Positions 30,101 through 40,976 of a stretch of DNA of 64,000 nt are shown piece after piece. The first letter of the stretch is position 1. Each line of letters begins with the position of its first letter. Below the pieces are notes generated by a model, which saw nothing but the letters and a program-made list of their open reading frames with translations, did not search any database and was not told where the DNA came from. A program made the position numbers and the translations under genes. This DNA is from Leptolyngbyaceae cyanobacterium (GTDB lineage Bacteria; Cyanobacteriota; Cyanobacteriia; Phormidesmidales; Phormidesmidaceae): the NCBI GenBank assembly GCA_965263355.1, contig CBDHHL010000056.1, positions 1,984,001 to 2,048,000 of the forward strand. The letters are read 5' to 3'.

Positions 30101-31042
30101 TCAAATTAATGAACCAACAATCATGCCACCTAATAAAATAAATCCAAGAATGACATTTTGTCGAAAGATGTGCCCATATACATGGGCAGGCTGTCGTTTG
30201 GTTCGCAGCTTACGATAATGGGTAAACCAAATACTACAGGCTATAGCCCAAGTAATTATAAAAGGAGAACCTAAGGCTTTATAAATGCCTAACCACAACA
30301 ACAAAATTGCCGTGCCCATAAACAACAACCCAACGACCTCAGGGGTACTCGACCCAAAAAAGCGCGCACTGGAATTCACTCCCAGCTGCGCATCATACTT
30401 GCGATCAGGAATCGCATAGACTGTATCAAACCCAAGGGTCCAAAGAACCGTTGCCCCCCACAATAGCCAAGCAGGAAGGTCCAACCTGCCAGACACCGCA
30501 CTCCATGGAATCAAAACAGCAAATCCCCAAGCAATGGCTAGGACTAACTGAGGCACAGGAAACACCCGTTTAGCTAGGGGATACAACAGAATAACAGGTG
30601 ATGCTAAAAAACACAGCAAAATACTCAACGGATTGAGATACAGGGCAAAGCCTATGGCACAGAAAAAGGCGACGACTGCAATTCCAATTCCCGTTTTCAC
30701 CGTCAATGCCCGCGAAGCTAGGGGTCGATTTCGCGTCCGCTCCACCTTTGGATCAATATTTCGATCCCATAGATCATTCACCACACAGCCCCCTGCACTC
30801 GTCGCTAGGGTGCCACAGATAATTACCACCAACAGCAGCCAATCAGGCTTACCATCAGCAGCTAAAAAAAGCGCCCATAGAGCTGGAACCATCAAAATCA
30901 GACGGCCTGTAGGTTTATCCCAACGCATCAAGCGGATAACCGTTTTCCAGGTAGGTTCAACAGGTGACGAAGACGGAGCCATGGAGACAGGGAGTTTAGG
31001 TAAGCTAGTTTCTTCTAAGAATATCTTTCCGCTTGTTACCAA
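30101..31042 (-). CDS. plqA: 4-hydroxybenzoate solanesyltransferase (UbiA family)
   Basis: RWDKPTG, GCVVNDLWDRNIDPKVERTRNRPLAS, YPLAKR and FDTVYA. Confidence 0.92.
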   Translation of the reverse strand: MVTSGKIFLEETSLPKLPVSMAPSSSPVEPTWKTVIRLMRWDKPTGRLILMVPALWALFLAADGKPDWLLLVVIICGTLATSAGGCVVNDLWDRNIDPKVERTRNRPLASRALTVKTGIGIAVVAFFCAIGFALYLNPLSILLCFLASPVILLYPLAKRVFPVPQLVLAIAWGFAVLIPWSAVSGRLDLPAWLLWGATVLWTLGFDTVYAIPDRKYDAQLGVNSSARFFGSSTPEVVGLLFMGTAILLLWLGIYKALGSPFIITWAIACSIWFTHYRKLRTKRQPAHVYGHIFRQNVILGFILLGGMIVGSLI

Positions 31043-31338
31043 GGAAAGGGGGTGCCATCAAGAAAGCAGGGTAAATAAAGCCACCTAGAAAGGTACATCC
31101 CTTAGGAAGCCGCTGAGAGCAGCTAAAAACTCTAAAATGCTTTTCACTTATATTTTTATTTACCAAAACAGTCATTTGATTTAGGCAAGCTGCCTAAATC
31201 ACTCTTCCTAGTCTTCTTTCATCAACTAGTCATTTAGACCATACTTCGTTAAAAGTTCTAAATTTATTAACGCCACATACCTATTGCATTCAATTTAAAT
31301 CTTAGTCATATTTTTACAAAGCACTTGAAGGCACTCCA

Positions 31339-31367
31339 TTATTTATGGTTAAAATAACCATAAATAA
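31339..31367. promoter_or_regulatory. NrtR operator upstream of pncB
   Basis: Palindrome TTATTTATGGTTA-AAA-TAACCATAAATAA containing the NrtR GT-N7-AC core, 17 bp before pncB. nrtR lies in the same operon. Confidence 0.8.
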
Positions 31368-31384
31368 CAATAAACTTCCCGATA

Positions 31385-32725
31385 ATGAATGATGCTTCAC
31401 TTCTAATGCAGTCCGATGAGTATGGACTTCTGACTGATTTATACCAACTGACCATGGCGGCCTGCTACGTAGGGGAAGGGCTAGACCAGCGTCGGGCTAG
31501 TTTTGAGTTATTTGTCCGCCGTTTGCCAACGGACTTTGGTTATCTGATCGCAGCAGGACTGGCATCCGCTCTAGATTATCTGGAAAGATTTCAGTTCACA
31601 GCTGAGCAGCTGGCAGCCCTCAAGGCAACGGACATTTTTGTGGGGTCTCCCACAGAGTTCTGGAATCGGTTAGAAACCGGTCAGTTTTCAGGCGACGTGT
31701 GGGCGGTGCCAGAAGGTACGGCTATCTTTGCCCATGAACCGATTTTGCGGGTGGAAGCTCCTCTGTGGCAGGCGCAAATCGTCGAAACCTATTTGCTCAA
31801 TACCATTAACTATCAGACCTTAATTGCCACACGGGCAGCACGGCTAAGAGATGTGGCTGGTCCAGAGTCCACACTACTAGAGTTTGGCACTAGACGAGCC
31901 TTTAGTCCTCAGGCCTCACTGTGGGCCGCACGGGCTGCCTTAGCCGGGGGGTTGGATGCCACTTCCAACGTCCTGGCGGCACTGAAGTTGGGGCGCAAAC
32001 CAGTCGGGACTATGGCCCACGCTCTGGTGATGGCAATTGCCGCAATGGAAGGTGAGGAAACAGATGCATTTGCTGCATTTCATCGCTATTTTCCTGGTGC
32101 ACCACTGCTGATCGATACCTACGACACAGTGGCGGCAGCCAAGAGGTTGGCACAAAATCCACCTGACTCTTTAGCCGGTGTCCGACTTGACTCAGGCGAT
32201 CTGGTAAACCTGTCACAGCAGGTCCAGCAGGCACTGCCTGAAATACCTATTTTTGCCAGTGGGGATTTGGATGAGCATGAAATTTTGCGTTTGAAACAGG
32301 CCGGAGCTTGCATTGATGGATATGGATTGGGGACCAAGCTGGTCACTGGCAAGCCGGTCAATGGCGTCTACAAATTAGTGGATATTGATGGCGTCCCAGT
32401 GATGAAAGAATCCAGTGGTAAATTCACTTATCCAGGTCGCAAACAGATCTTTCGTTCAGCGACAGGGGACCAGCTGGGTCTCATAGAAGAGGCTGAATCA
32501 TCGCCAGAAGAAGGGCTACTAAAACTAGTCATGCATAACGGCAAACAAGTGCTGCCGGTCGAATCATTGGATGTCATTCGAAAACGGACCACTCAATCCG
32601 TGGCTCAGTTACCTGCACAGGTACGAGAGGTAACTAATCCGGTTGTCCCCCAGGCAAAGATTTCAGCCGAATTGCAGAACTTGACTGATTGTACCCGGCG
32701 CAGTCAATTCGTTACGATTAGTTGA
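31385..32725 (+). CDS. pncB: Nicotinate phosphoribosyltransferase
   Basis: LLTDLYQLTM, EFGTRR, GTMAH, LIDTYD, VRLDSGD and ASGDLDE. Confidence 0.95.
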   Translation: MNDASLLMQSDEYGLLTDLYQLTMAACYVGEGLDQRRASFELFVRRLPTDFGYLIAAGLASALDYLERFQFTAEQLAALKATDIFVGSPTEFWNRLETGQFSGDVWAVPEGTAIFAHEPILRVEAPLWQAQIVETYLLNTINYQTLIATRAARLRDVAGPESTLLEFGTRRAFSPQASLWAARAALAGGLDATSNVLAALKLGRKPVGTMAHALVMAIAAMEGEETDAFAAFHRYFPGAPLLIDTYDTVAAAKRLAQNPPDSLAGVRLDSGDLVNLSQQVQQALPEIPIFASGDLDEHEILRLKQAGACIDGYGLGTKLVTGKPVNGVYKLVDIDGVPVMKESSGKFTYPGRKQIFRSATGDQLGLIEEAESSPEEGLLKLVMHNGKQVLPVESLDVIRKRTTQSVAQLPAQVREVTNPVVPQAKISAELQNLTDCTRRSQFVTIS

Positions 32726-32731
32726 GGCATT

Positions 32732-33406
32732 ATGCGTTTAAGTAAACTCACTGTAGAGATTACAACGTCTTTATCTAACGTGCAGCCTATGCCTGTCACA
32801 CCTAGCACACACCCCCGTGTGGCACTTTTTGGTACCAGTGCGGATCCACCCCATAATGGCCATCGCAGCATTGTAGCTACCCTGGGCTATCAGTTTGACT
32901 ATGTAGCGGTATGGGCATCGGACAATCCCTGGAAAGTTGACCAGTCGCCCATTGACATGCGTATGGATATGCTGGGATTGGCCATTGCTGATTTGGATAC
33001 CCCAAGCACGATCAAACTACATCCTGAGCTAAGTCACCCATATACGGCCATCACCCTGGAGCGGGCTCGGCGGATTTGGCCAGAGGCTGAGTTTACTTTT
33101 GTAATTGGGGCGGATTTGGTAAAACAGTTGCCCAGTTGGCATCGTTCGTCAGATGTCCTCCGGTGGGCCAAAATTTTGGTCTTTCCGAGACCGGGCTATG
33201 GGTTAGCTGAAGATGAGCTGTCAGAGCTTAAAGGATTGGGGGCCGATGTTGCGATCGCAACTCCCCTTAGCCAGCACCACATATCCTCCAGCACTCTCCG
33301 ACGGGGTTGTCCTGAGCGCCCCGACGAAATTCCCGCCGTCGTGCAAGCCTACATCCACCAACACAATCTGTATCCATGCCCGGAAAACACACCGACCACC
33401 CCTTAG
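32732..33406 (+). CDS. nadD: Nicotinate-nucleotide adenylyltransferase (start may be ATG 32789)
   Basis: ALFGTSADPPHNGH, VIGADL and ISSS motifs. Confidence 0.92.
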   Translation: MRLSKLTVEITTSLSNVQPMPVTPSTHPRVALFGTSADPPHNGHRSIVATLGYQFDYVAVWASDNPWKVDQSPIDMRMDMLGLAIADLDTPSTIKLHPELSHPYTAITLERARRIWPEAEFTFVIGADLVKQLPSWHRSSDVLRWAKILVFPRPGYGLAEDELSELKGLGADVAIATPLSQHHISSSTLRRGCPERPDEIPAVVQAYIHQHNLYPCPENTPTTP

Positions 33407-34098
33407 CCGACTTTAAAGTCGGCATTGATAACGTCATTTTCTCGGTCGATACCGAACTAAACCGGCTGTTGGTACTGTTAGTCATGCGCCATGAATCTCC
33501 CTTTTTAGGCCAATGGTCTTTACCAGGCACTCTAGTCAGACAAGGCGAATCGCTGGAAAATGCCTCTTATCGAGTTCTCTCTGAAAAAATTCGGGTAAAC
33601 AATCTCTATGTGGAACAGCTTTACTCCTTTGGTGGCCCTAATCGAGATCCACGTGAAGCCCAAGATATCTACAATGTACGCTATCTCTCAGTTAGTTACT
33701 TTGCCCTGGTTCGATATGCAGACGCTGAGCTAATCGCCGATGGTGTCAGCGGCATTGCCTGGTATCCCCTAGAACGATTGCCCACTCTTGCCTTTGATCA
33801 TCAAGAGATTCTTACCTACGGTACAATTCGTCTGCGAAATAAGGTGAAATATAGCCCTGTTGCCTTTGATGTTTTGCCCGAAATGTTTACGCTGAGTAAT
33901 TTGTATCAGCTATATACAACAATTTTGGGTGAGGATTTTTCTGATTATTCCAATTTTCGTACCAGGCTGCTCAAGCTGGGGTTTTTGAAGGATACGGGCA
34001 TTAAAACATCGCGTGGAGCGGGGCGTCCTGCTAGTCTGTATCGGTTTGATGCGGAGGCGTTTGAGCCATTGAAGAATAAACCGATGGTGTTTGTTTAA
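33376..34098 (+). CDS. nrtR: NrtR-type Nudix/winged-helix transcriptional repressor
   Basis: Degenerate Nudix box WSLPGTLVRQGESLE, RDPR, LAFDH, NFR and GRPASLY. Confidence 0.9.
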   Translation: MPGKHTDHPLADFKVGIDNVIFSVDTELNRLLVLLVMRHESPFLGQWSLPGTLVRQGESLENASYRVLSEKIRVNNLYVEQLYSFGGPNRDPREAQDIYNVRYLSVSYFALVRYADAELIADGVSGIAWYPLERLPTLAFDHQEILTYGTIRLRNKVKYSPVAFDVLPEMFTLSNLYQLYTTILGEDFSDYSNFRTRLLKLGFLKDTGIKTSRGAGRPASLYRFDAEAFEPLKNKPMVFV

Positions 34099-34205
34099 TG
34101 GTCTCCTGCGTCATTGAACACAATGGTGGGCAGTGTTTATGCCAAAGTCTCTAACGACTGCACCAATGGATACTACTCATACTACACTCTAACTACTTTC
34201 TTATT

Positions 34206-35930
34206 ATGAAACTTGCTATTGCTCAACTGAATCCTACCGTTGGCGATCTAACTGGCAACGCACAACAGATTTTAACTGCCGCGCAAAGTGCTGCGGCACA
34301 AGGTGCACATCTATTACTCACTCCGGAACTTTCCCTATGTGGCTATCCACCTAGAGATTTGTTGTTGAGACCTGGCTTTATTCAACAGATGCACACAGTG
34401 ATAGAACAATTGGCCAGGGATCTGCCCAACGGATTAACCGCTTTAGTCGGCTTAGCCCAGCCTAATGCTGATGCTGGAACAAAGGGTCAAAAACCCCTTT
34501 TTAACAGTATGGCTCTGTTAGAGAACGGCACCATCAAAACCGTATTTCATAAACGTCTACTCCCCACATACGACGTGTTTGATGAAGACCGATATTTTGA
34601 ATCTGGCACCGAGCCTAATCATTTTTACCTGGAGGCAAATGGTCACTCACTGCACATCGGTGTCACCATTTGTGAAGACCTCTGGAATGAGGATGACTTT
34701 TGGGGACAGCGCACCTACGAAACTAATCCCACAGCTGAAGTCGTTGCAGCGGGTGTGAAACTGGTCGTGAATCTATCAGCCTCTCCGTTTACGGTTGAGA
34801 AACAAGCACTGCGAGAACAGATGATTGCCCACGCAACTCGTCAGCACAATTGTCCGATTGTATATGTTAACCAGGTGGGTAGTAATGACGATCTGATCTT
34901 TGATGGATACAGTGTGGCTATCGATCGCCAAGGGCATGTGGTCAGCCGCAGTCGGGGTTTCGAAACAACGGTTCAGGTGATCGACTATAGTTCACAGCAA
35001 CAAGATCTGCTGCCTGGCACCGTTACCCCCCTGCTAGAGACTCCCGAAGCAGAGATATGGTCAGCCCTAGTCCTGGGGGTTAAGGATTACAGCCGCAAGT
35101 GTGGGTTTAGACAAGCGGTTGTCGGGTTGAGTGGTGGGATTGATTCGGCCTTGGTGGTTGCGATCGCAACTGCCGCCCTTGGACCGGAGAATATACTAGG
35201 TGTTCTCATGCCATCGCCCTATAGTTCTGACCACTCAATCAGCGATGCGAAGAAACTAGCCCACAATCTAGGTATTACCACCCAAACACTCGCCATTGGA
35301 GAGTTAATGGATGGTTACAACAACACCCTACTTGAGTGTTTCTCTGGCACTACCCCAGGCATTACCGAGGAAAATATACAATCTCGAATTCGGGGTAATT
35401 TACTCATGGCCATTGCCAACAAATTTGGTCATTTGCTACTATCAACCGGCAACAAGTCAGAAATGGCCGTCGGCTACTGTACTCTTTATGGCGATATGAA
35501 TGGCGGTCTAGCGGTGATTGCTGATGTTCCCAAAACAAAGGTTTACAAACTTTGCCATTGGTTAAACACCCCCCATACAAAAAAACACCTGGGTCTGATT
35601 GAGCACAGGGGCAAACCCGAAATCATCCCTAATAATATTCTCATCAAACCCCCTAGCGCCGAGCTGCGACCTGACCAAGTTGACCAAGACTCCCTGCCTC
35701 CCTACGATACTCTCGATGATATTCTGGAGCGCTTAATCCAATATCATCAATCTGCAGCAGACATCGTAGCCGCAGGACACAATAGTCAAGTGGTAAAGCA
35801 AGTAGTACGCCTGCTCACCCGCGCTGAATTTAAACGTAGACAGGCTCCTCCCGTACTTAAAGTAACTGACCGAGCCTTCGGCCTAGGTTGGCGTATGCCC
35901 ATTGCCAGCCGTTGGCCATTAGCTCAATAA
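34206..35930 (+). CDS. nadE: Glutamine-dependent NAD+ synthetase
   Basis: N-terminal CN-hydrolase domain (TPELSLCGYPP, ICEDLW); synthetase domain GLSGGIDS, ENIQSRIRG, TGNKSE. Confidence 0.96.
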   Translation: MKLAIAQLNPTVGDLTGNAQQILTAAQSAAAQGAHLLLTPELSLCGYPPRDLLLRPGFIQQMHTVIEQLARDLPNGLTALVGLAQPNADAGTKGQKPLFNSMALLENGTIKTVFHKRLLPTYDVFDEDRYFESGTEPNHFYLEANGHSLHIGVTICEDLWNEDDFWGQRTYETNPTAEVVAAGVKLVVNLSASPFTVEKQALREQMIAHATRQHNCPIVYVNQVGSNDDLIFDGYSVAIDRQGHVVSRSRGFETTVQVIDYSSQQQDLLPGTVTPLLETPEAEIWSALVLGVKDYSRKCGFRQAVVGLSGGIDSALVVAIATAALGPENILGVLMPSPYSSDHSISDAKKLAHNLGITTQTLAIGELMDGYNNTLLECFSGTTPGITEENIQSRIRGNLLMAIANKFGHLLLSTGNKSEMAVGYCTLYGDMNGGLAVIADVPKTKVYKLCHWLNTPHTKKHLGLIEHRGKPEIIPNNILIKPPSAELRPDQVDQDSLPPYDTLDDILERLIQYHQSAADIVAAGHNSQVVKQVVRLLTRAEFKRRQAPPVLKVTDRAFGLGWRMPIASRWPLAQ

Positions 35931-35941
35931 AATCGACGGCA

Positions 35942-36508
35942 TTAATTCCTAGGAGCAGTTCTCCAAGGACGATAGCCAGCCCGAATACACCGATCAAGGG
36001 CAGCATCTACCGACAACTGCGCTTGCTCACTTAGTTCCACAACACAGACACCATAACGCTTGGGCAAAAGACTACGACTACAGTGTTCCAGAGCATTCAC
36101 CGAAGGTTGCTCAAGCAATTCACTGTGGATCCCAAGGGTACAGCTAGCCACCTCCTGAGGACGTCGAGACCGCTCGCAGCCCTCTAAAACATCAACCGCA
36201 CCAATACCTGTATCCTCAGTCACATCGAGAACACATTCACCTAACGTATCTGGAAACCGAGCCCCCGCACAGCTGGCTGTCGCTTGCTCAACGCTAATGC
36301 CGACGGCTGCCATCTGGGCAACACATTCACCATAGTCATCATCAGCCCCATAGCCAGGTACAGCCACCAATGAAACAGTGGTCAATCCTAGGGCCACAGG
36401 CATTAATAAAAACCGCCGCAGATGACGATGCCACAGAGCAATGGTAGTTACATTAATCATTTTCAATAGTCCAATAGAGCAGGTACTGCCATACAACACT
36501 TGACGCAT
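35942..36508 (-). CDS. Hypothetical secreted Cys-rich repeat protein
   Basis: Signal-like hydrophobic stretch followed by repeated C-x6-7-P...C-V units. Confidence 0.65.
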   Translation of the reverse strand: MRQVLYGSTCSIGLLKMINVTTIALWHRHLRRFLLMPVALGLTTVSLVAVPGYGADDDYGECVAQMAAVGISVEQATASCAGARFPDTLGECVLDVTEDTGIGAVDVLEGCERSRRPQEVASCTLGIHSELLEQPSVNALEHCSRSLLPKRYGVCVVELSEQAQLSVDAALDRCIRAGYRPWRTAPRN

Positions 36509-36840
36509 CCTAGCTGATTTAGAAACTACGGTTCTGTAGTTAGCGAACAGCTTACCTTTGCATAGTAATCATTTAATAAATATTGTCCACGGTCAAAATA
36601 TCATCTATGTCTAGAATTACTTTTTAACGTAGAGAAAAGATATATTTCACTACGTCCTTGGGTAATCACAGCAAGATTTTTGTAATGATTGTCCTCTGAA
36701 ACCCTGATCTAATCTACAGTGAATTAGTGACAACACACGAGCCGTTGCTGAGTTAGGAAATGAGCCGATCTATTCTTTCTACACTGCAAATCAGCAACGA
36801 CACCCATTATTTACAGCAAATGATCTAGAGGGTATTTCAC

Positions 36841-38754
36841 ATGCATCTGAGTGACATAACTCATCCTAACCAGTTGCATGGCTTGTCTGTGAAACAGTTA
36901 GAAGCCATTGCCCAGCAAATTCGAGAAAAGCATCTTAAAACGGTATCCACTAGCGGCGGGCATCTGGGACCGGGGCTGGGTGTGGTAGAGCTGACCCTGG
37001 GTCTTTATCAAACCTTGGATCTAGATCGCGACAAAGTAGTTTGGGATGTCGGGCATCAGGCCTATCCCCATAAGCTAATTACAGGTCGTTACAACGATTT
37101 TTCATCCCTCCGCCAAAAGGACGGTGTGGCCGGTTACCTTAAACGTTGTGAAAGCAAGTTTGATCATTTCGGGGCTGGTCATGCCTCCACCAGCATTTCT
37201 GCAGCGTTGGGCATGGCACTGGCCCGTGATGCCCAAGGCGATGATTATAAAGTTGCAGCCATTATTGGCGATGGTGCCCTCACGGGTGGTATGGCCCTAG
37301 AAGCTATCAACCATGCAGGTCATCTGCCCAACACAAATCTGGTGGTGGTGCTCAACGACAATGAAATGTCTATTTCTCCAAACGTTGGGGCAATTCCTCG
37401 TTACCTGAATAAAATTCGGTTGAGTCCCCCCATGCAGTTTCTGAGCGACAACTTAGAAGAGCAGTTAAAACAATTGCCCTTTGTCGGGGATTCCTTCTCA
37501 CCGGAATTAGACCGAGTCAAGGAAGGGATGAAACGCTTGGCTATGTCCAAGGTAGGCGCAGTTTTTGAAGAACTTGGCTTTACCTATATGGGGCCAGTGG
37601 ATGGTCATAATTTGAGTGAACTGCTCACAACCTTCAAGGAAGCCCATGCTAAAGGTGGCCCCGTTCTGGTCCATGTAGCTACGATCAAAGGGAAAGGCTA
37701 TGAAATTGCAGAAAAAGACCAAGTAAGCTATCACGCACAATCTCCATTTAACCTCACTACAGGCAAAGGCTTTCCATCGACAAAGCCCACACCGCCCAAA
37801 TATTCCAAAGTGTTTGCCGAAACTTTGATCAAGCTGGCGGAAAATGATCCCAAAATCATTGGAATTACAGCGGCAATGGCCACAGGTACTGGTCTCGATA
37901 AACTCCAGGCAAAGCTCCCCCAGCAGTACATTGACGTAGGTATCGCTGAACAGCATGCCGTTACCCTGGCAGCCGGTATGGCCTGTGAAAAGATGCGTCC
38001 AGTGGCAGCAATTTACTCCACCTTCCTACAGCGCGCCTATGACCAGATCGTCCATGATGTCTGTATTCAAAACTTGCCGGTATTTTTCTGTTTAGATCGC
38101 GCTGGTATTGTCGGGGCCGATGGTCCTACACACCAGGGTATGTACGACATTTCCTATCTGCGCTCTATTCCCAATATGGTGGTCATGGCACCTAAGGATG
38201 AAGCCGAGCTGCAGCAAATGGTCGTCACTGGCATTGAATATACGGACGGTCCTATTGCCGTTCGCTATCCCCGTGGCAAAGGGTATGGAGCACCGCTGAT
38301 GGAAGAAGGCTGGGAAGCGCTACCAATCGGCAAAGGAGAAGTTCTACGTCAGGGCGATGACTTGCTGTTATTAGGCTACGGCTCCATGGTGTATCCCACC
38401 ATGCAAACTGCTGAAATTCTTAGTGAGCATGGCATTGAAGCAACTGTAATCAATGCTCGATTTGTGAAGCCTCTAGATGAGGAGTTGATTGCACCCTTAG
38501 CCCAAAAAATTCAGCGGGTTGTCACCTTTGAAGAAGGGTGTTTGATGGGCGGCTTTGGTTCTGCTGTGGCCGAAGCGCTACTGGATCGTGATATTAACGT
38601 GTCAATTTTGCGTCTCGGCGTGCCTGACATTTTGGTCGACCATGCCACACCTACTCAAGCCAAAACAGCCTTGGGACTCACACCTGCACAAATGGCAGAC
38701 AAAATACTCAAGCGATTTTCCCTAGCCCAGCTTGAACTTGCCAGCATGGGCTAA
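36841..38754 (+). CDS. dxs: 1-deoxy-D-xylulose-5-phosphate synthase
   Basis: [37 protein letters not shown] and [13 protein letters not shown]. Confidence 0.98.
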   Translation: MHLSDITHPNQLHGLSVKQLEAIAQQIREKHLKTVSTSGGHLGPGLGVVELTLGLYQTLDLDRDKVVWDVGHQAYPHKLITGRYNDFSSLRQKDGVAGYLKRCESKFDHFGAGHASTSISAALGMALARDAQGDDYKVAAIIGDGALTGGMALEAINHAGHLPNTNLVVVLNDNEMSISPNVGAIPRYLNKIRLSPPMQFLSDNLEEQLKQLPFVGDSFSPELDRVKEGMKRLAMSKVGAVFEELGFTYMGPVDGHNLSELLTTFKEAHAKGGPVLVHVATIKGKGYEIAEKDQVSYHAQSPFNLTTGKGFPSTKPTPPKYSKVFAETLIKLAENDPKIIGITAAMATGTGLDKLQAKLPQQYIDVGIAEQHAVTLAAGMACEKMRPVAAIYSTFLQRAYDQIVHDVCIQNLPVFFCLDRAGIVGADGPTHQGMYDISYLRSIPNMVVMAPKDEAELQQMVVTGIEYTDGPIAVRYPRGKGYGAPLMEEGWEALPIGKGEVLRQGDDLLLLGYGSMVYPTMQTAEILSEHGIEATVINARFVKPLDEELIAPLAQKIQRVVTFEEGCLMGGFGSAVAEALLDRDINVSILRLGVPDILVDHATPTQAKTALGLTPAQMADKILKRFSLAQLELASMG

Positions 38755-38778
38755 CTTAGTCAAATAACGTAATCGTTG

Positions 38779-38807
38779 CCCTCGTAGGGAATTCCCTGCG
38801 GGGGTTT
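38779..38807 (+). terminator. Intrinsic terminator after dxs
   Basis: CCCTCGTAGGG-AATT-CCCTGCGGGGG hairpin followed by TTT, between convergent genes. Confidence 0.6.
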
Positions 38808-38808
38808 G

Positions 38809-39366
38809 CTATCGTCGCTGTCGTCGTTGAGCACGCTTGCTGCGCCGCATCCCCACTGCCATCGAGGCAGGCATTAGGCCAACAGGTAACCCACGCAGCC
38901 AATCCCTATGCCTGACTCGCCTAATTCTAATGACTTGCAATGTTGGCAACTCCCTACACAAATCAACAAACCATAGACTTAACGCTAAAAGCAATGTGAT
39001 CACACTCAACAAAAAAATACCCATGGCCCCTACGACCAAAGCATTAACAGCTACCATGGCGCGTAAGGTGAGCACTCCCAGGCTCGTTAACATCCCTAGT
39101 AAGGTGGCCATCGTCAGCACAAAGCTGACATAAGCGCAGCGACACCGTCGCTGGATAGCACGAGTCACATTGCTAGCTGTCTGCAACCAATACCACCGTA
39201 ACCAGGCGGCTATGGCAACAGTCATAACCATCAGGATCATTAAAACATTGTTGATTAACAGTGAAATGAGCTGACTTGTTTGAACAGAAGACATCACCAT
39301 CAGACTCCACTTGCAATGCAAATAATAGTACGATTGAACTATTATTTGCAACCATAAATCCCTCAT
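38809..39366 (-). CDS. Hypothetical membrane protein (DUF2721-like)
   Basis: Three hydrophobic segments and a basic C-terminal tail; start probably ~39300. Confidence 0.55.
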   Translation of the reverse strand: MRDLWLQIIVQSYYYLHCKWSLMVMSSVQTSQLISLLINNVLMILMVMTVAIAAWLRWYWLQTASNVTRAIQRRCRCAYVSFVLTMATLLGMLTSLGVLTLRAMVAVNALVVGAMGIFLLSVITLLLALSLWFVDLCRELPTLQVIRIRRVRHRDWLRGLPVGLMPASMAVGMRRSKRAQRRQRR

Positions 39367-39460
39367 GGGAGAAAAGTCAGGCGAGTGGTATTGTTATGGG
39401 CGTGTTTAGCCTTGTGCTAAGCATCAAACACATTTTTTAGGGATTTTGGGCTAATTTCAG

Positions 39461-40189
39461 GTGTTATTAAACGATTTGCCGCAATCATCCATGCAAGTAA
39501 GGTCAACTCAGAGGCGTCTTGGGATTTACGTTTTACTCGGTATCCTTGCCTGTGGCTTGGCTATCGCTGTCAAGCTTGCACTCGTTTGGGGAATTGACTC
39601 ACACGTCTATTCATTACCTATAGTCGGAGGGGTGCTAGCAACCCTTGAAATCACTGAAATTGCTAGCCCAATTTTATTAGCCTTACTAGGTTTAACATTG
39701 GGGGCACTGACTTACTATTTACCTGCCAAAAGTCATCTGATTGCACGCTTATTCCTGTTGATATTGACACTCCCCCTGGTTTTACTGCTGGGTCATCGGG
39801 TCCGCCACAGCCGATGGATACAGCAGGTAGGTATTCAAGAAAGCTTGTCCATAACTCAGGCCCAACAGGTAACGGATGAGTTTTTACAGCGGGAAACCTC
39901 TAAATCTGGCACGATAGGTTTTTATTGGTATACTGCTACCCGCGCTAACCCACCGATAAAGTTAAATAATTTGGAAATCAACAATGACAATAATTCGCTA
40001 CAGAGCCAGCTGACTGAACTTGGCAAGCGGCAAACTGGGTTATTGAGCTTAGCATTTAAGATTTACAACTGGTTATTTACCCATGCAGGGTGGGGGATTC
40101 GAGCTATTTATGCGCTGCTATCTGGGTTTATGGGCTTGTCCTACTTTTATAAGGGACAACTGTGGGCTAATCGCCAACAACGTCGTTAG
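39461..40189 (+). CDS. Hypothetical membrane protein
   Basis: 242 aa with several TM segments; 3 bp before mobA. Confidence 0.65.
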   Translation: MLLNDLPQSSMQVRSTQRRLGIYVLLGILACGLAIAVKLALVWGIDSHVYSLPIVGGVLATLEITEIASPILLALLGLTLGALTYYLPAKSHLIARLFLLILTLPLVLLLGHRVRHSRWIQQVGIQESLSITQAQQVTDEFLQRETSKSGTIGFYWYTATRANPPIKLNNLEINNDNNSLQSQLTELGKRQTGLLSLAFKIYNWLFTHAGWGIRAIYALLSGFMGLSYFYKGQLWANRQQRR

Positions 40190-40192
40190 TTA

Positions 40193-40840
40193 ATGAGTTC
40201 TAGAGTTACAGCCCTGATTTTAGCAGGGGGTCACAGTCGTAGAATGGGCCGTGATAAGGCGTTATTAACTTTACCAACTGTGACCGGACAACCATTCACA
40301 GTGTTACAACATGCTTGCACTACAGCCCAGGACTGTGGGTTTAGAACCTATGTTTTAACCCCCTGGCCAGACCGTTACAGGCCAATGCTGTCATCAAGCG
40401 TGTTTTTTTTGCAAGAAGGTCATGGCAATCCTGGCCCTTTGGTGGCGATGGCTCAGGGATGGTCGATGATTTTGGCCGATACCCAGAACTGTAATGACAA
40501 AGGCCCCGACTGGTTGCTGGTATTGGCCTGTGACATGCCCGCCATCGATGCTCTTACCATTCAGAAATGGCAACAGGCGTTAGACAGTGTTGACGAGAAT
40601 GAGATTGCAGCTCTCCCCAGGCAAAACCACCGATGGGAACCCCTATGTGGCTTTTATCACCGTCGTTGCCTGCCCAGCCTGCAAAATGCCGTCGCCAGCA
40701 ATATTCGATCATTCCAACGGTGGTTGGCTAATGAGCCAATAATGTCGCTATCGATCAAAAACTCTCATATATTACAAAATTGCAATACTCCTGCAGAATG
40801 GCGACATTTCCTGAATTCAAAAAAGGTTAGAAACCTATAG
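40193..40840 (+). CDS. mobA: Molybdenum cofactor guanylyltransferase
   Basis: LILAGGHSRRMGRDKA, GPL, LACDMP, EPLCGFY and NCNTP. Confidence 0.93.
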   Translation: MSSRVTALILAGGHSRRMGRDKALLTLPTVTGQPFTVLQHACTTAQDCGFRTYVLTPWPDRYRPMLSSSVFFLQEGHGNPGPLVAMAQGWSMILADTQNCNDKGPDWLLVLACDMPAIDALTIQKWQQALDSVDENEIAALPRQNHRWEPLCGFYHRRCLPSLQNAVASNIRSFQRWLANEPIMSLSIKNSHILQNCNTPAEWRHFLNSKKVRNL

Positions 40841-40976
40841 GCAGCTTGACAAAGGACGCCTTTCTTCAATGTTAAGCTGTGTAATATTTTACTCAGGAAA
40901 TTTAGGTCCTATGGCCATGAACCCTTATAGTTATGATTAACGTTTGTTAAATTTCCTCATATTCGGAGATTCTCAA

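Noticed and set aside
31385..35930. NAD operon as an anti-defence NAD-reconstitution system linked to the TIR gene
   Set aside because: pncB-nadD-nrtR-nadE is a standard cyanobacterial housekeeping arrangement, 13 kb away from the TIR gene.
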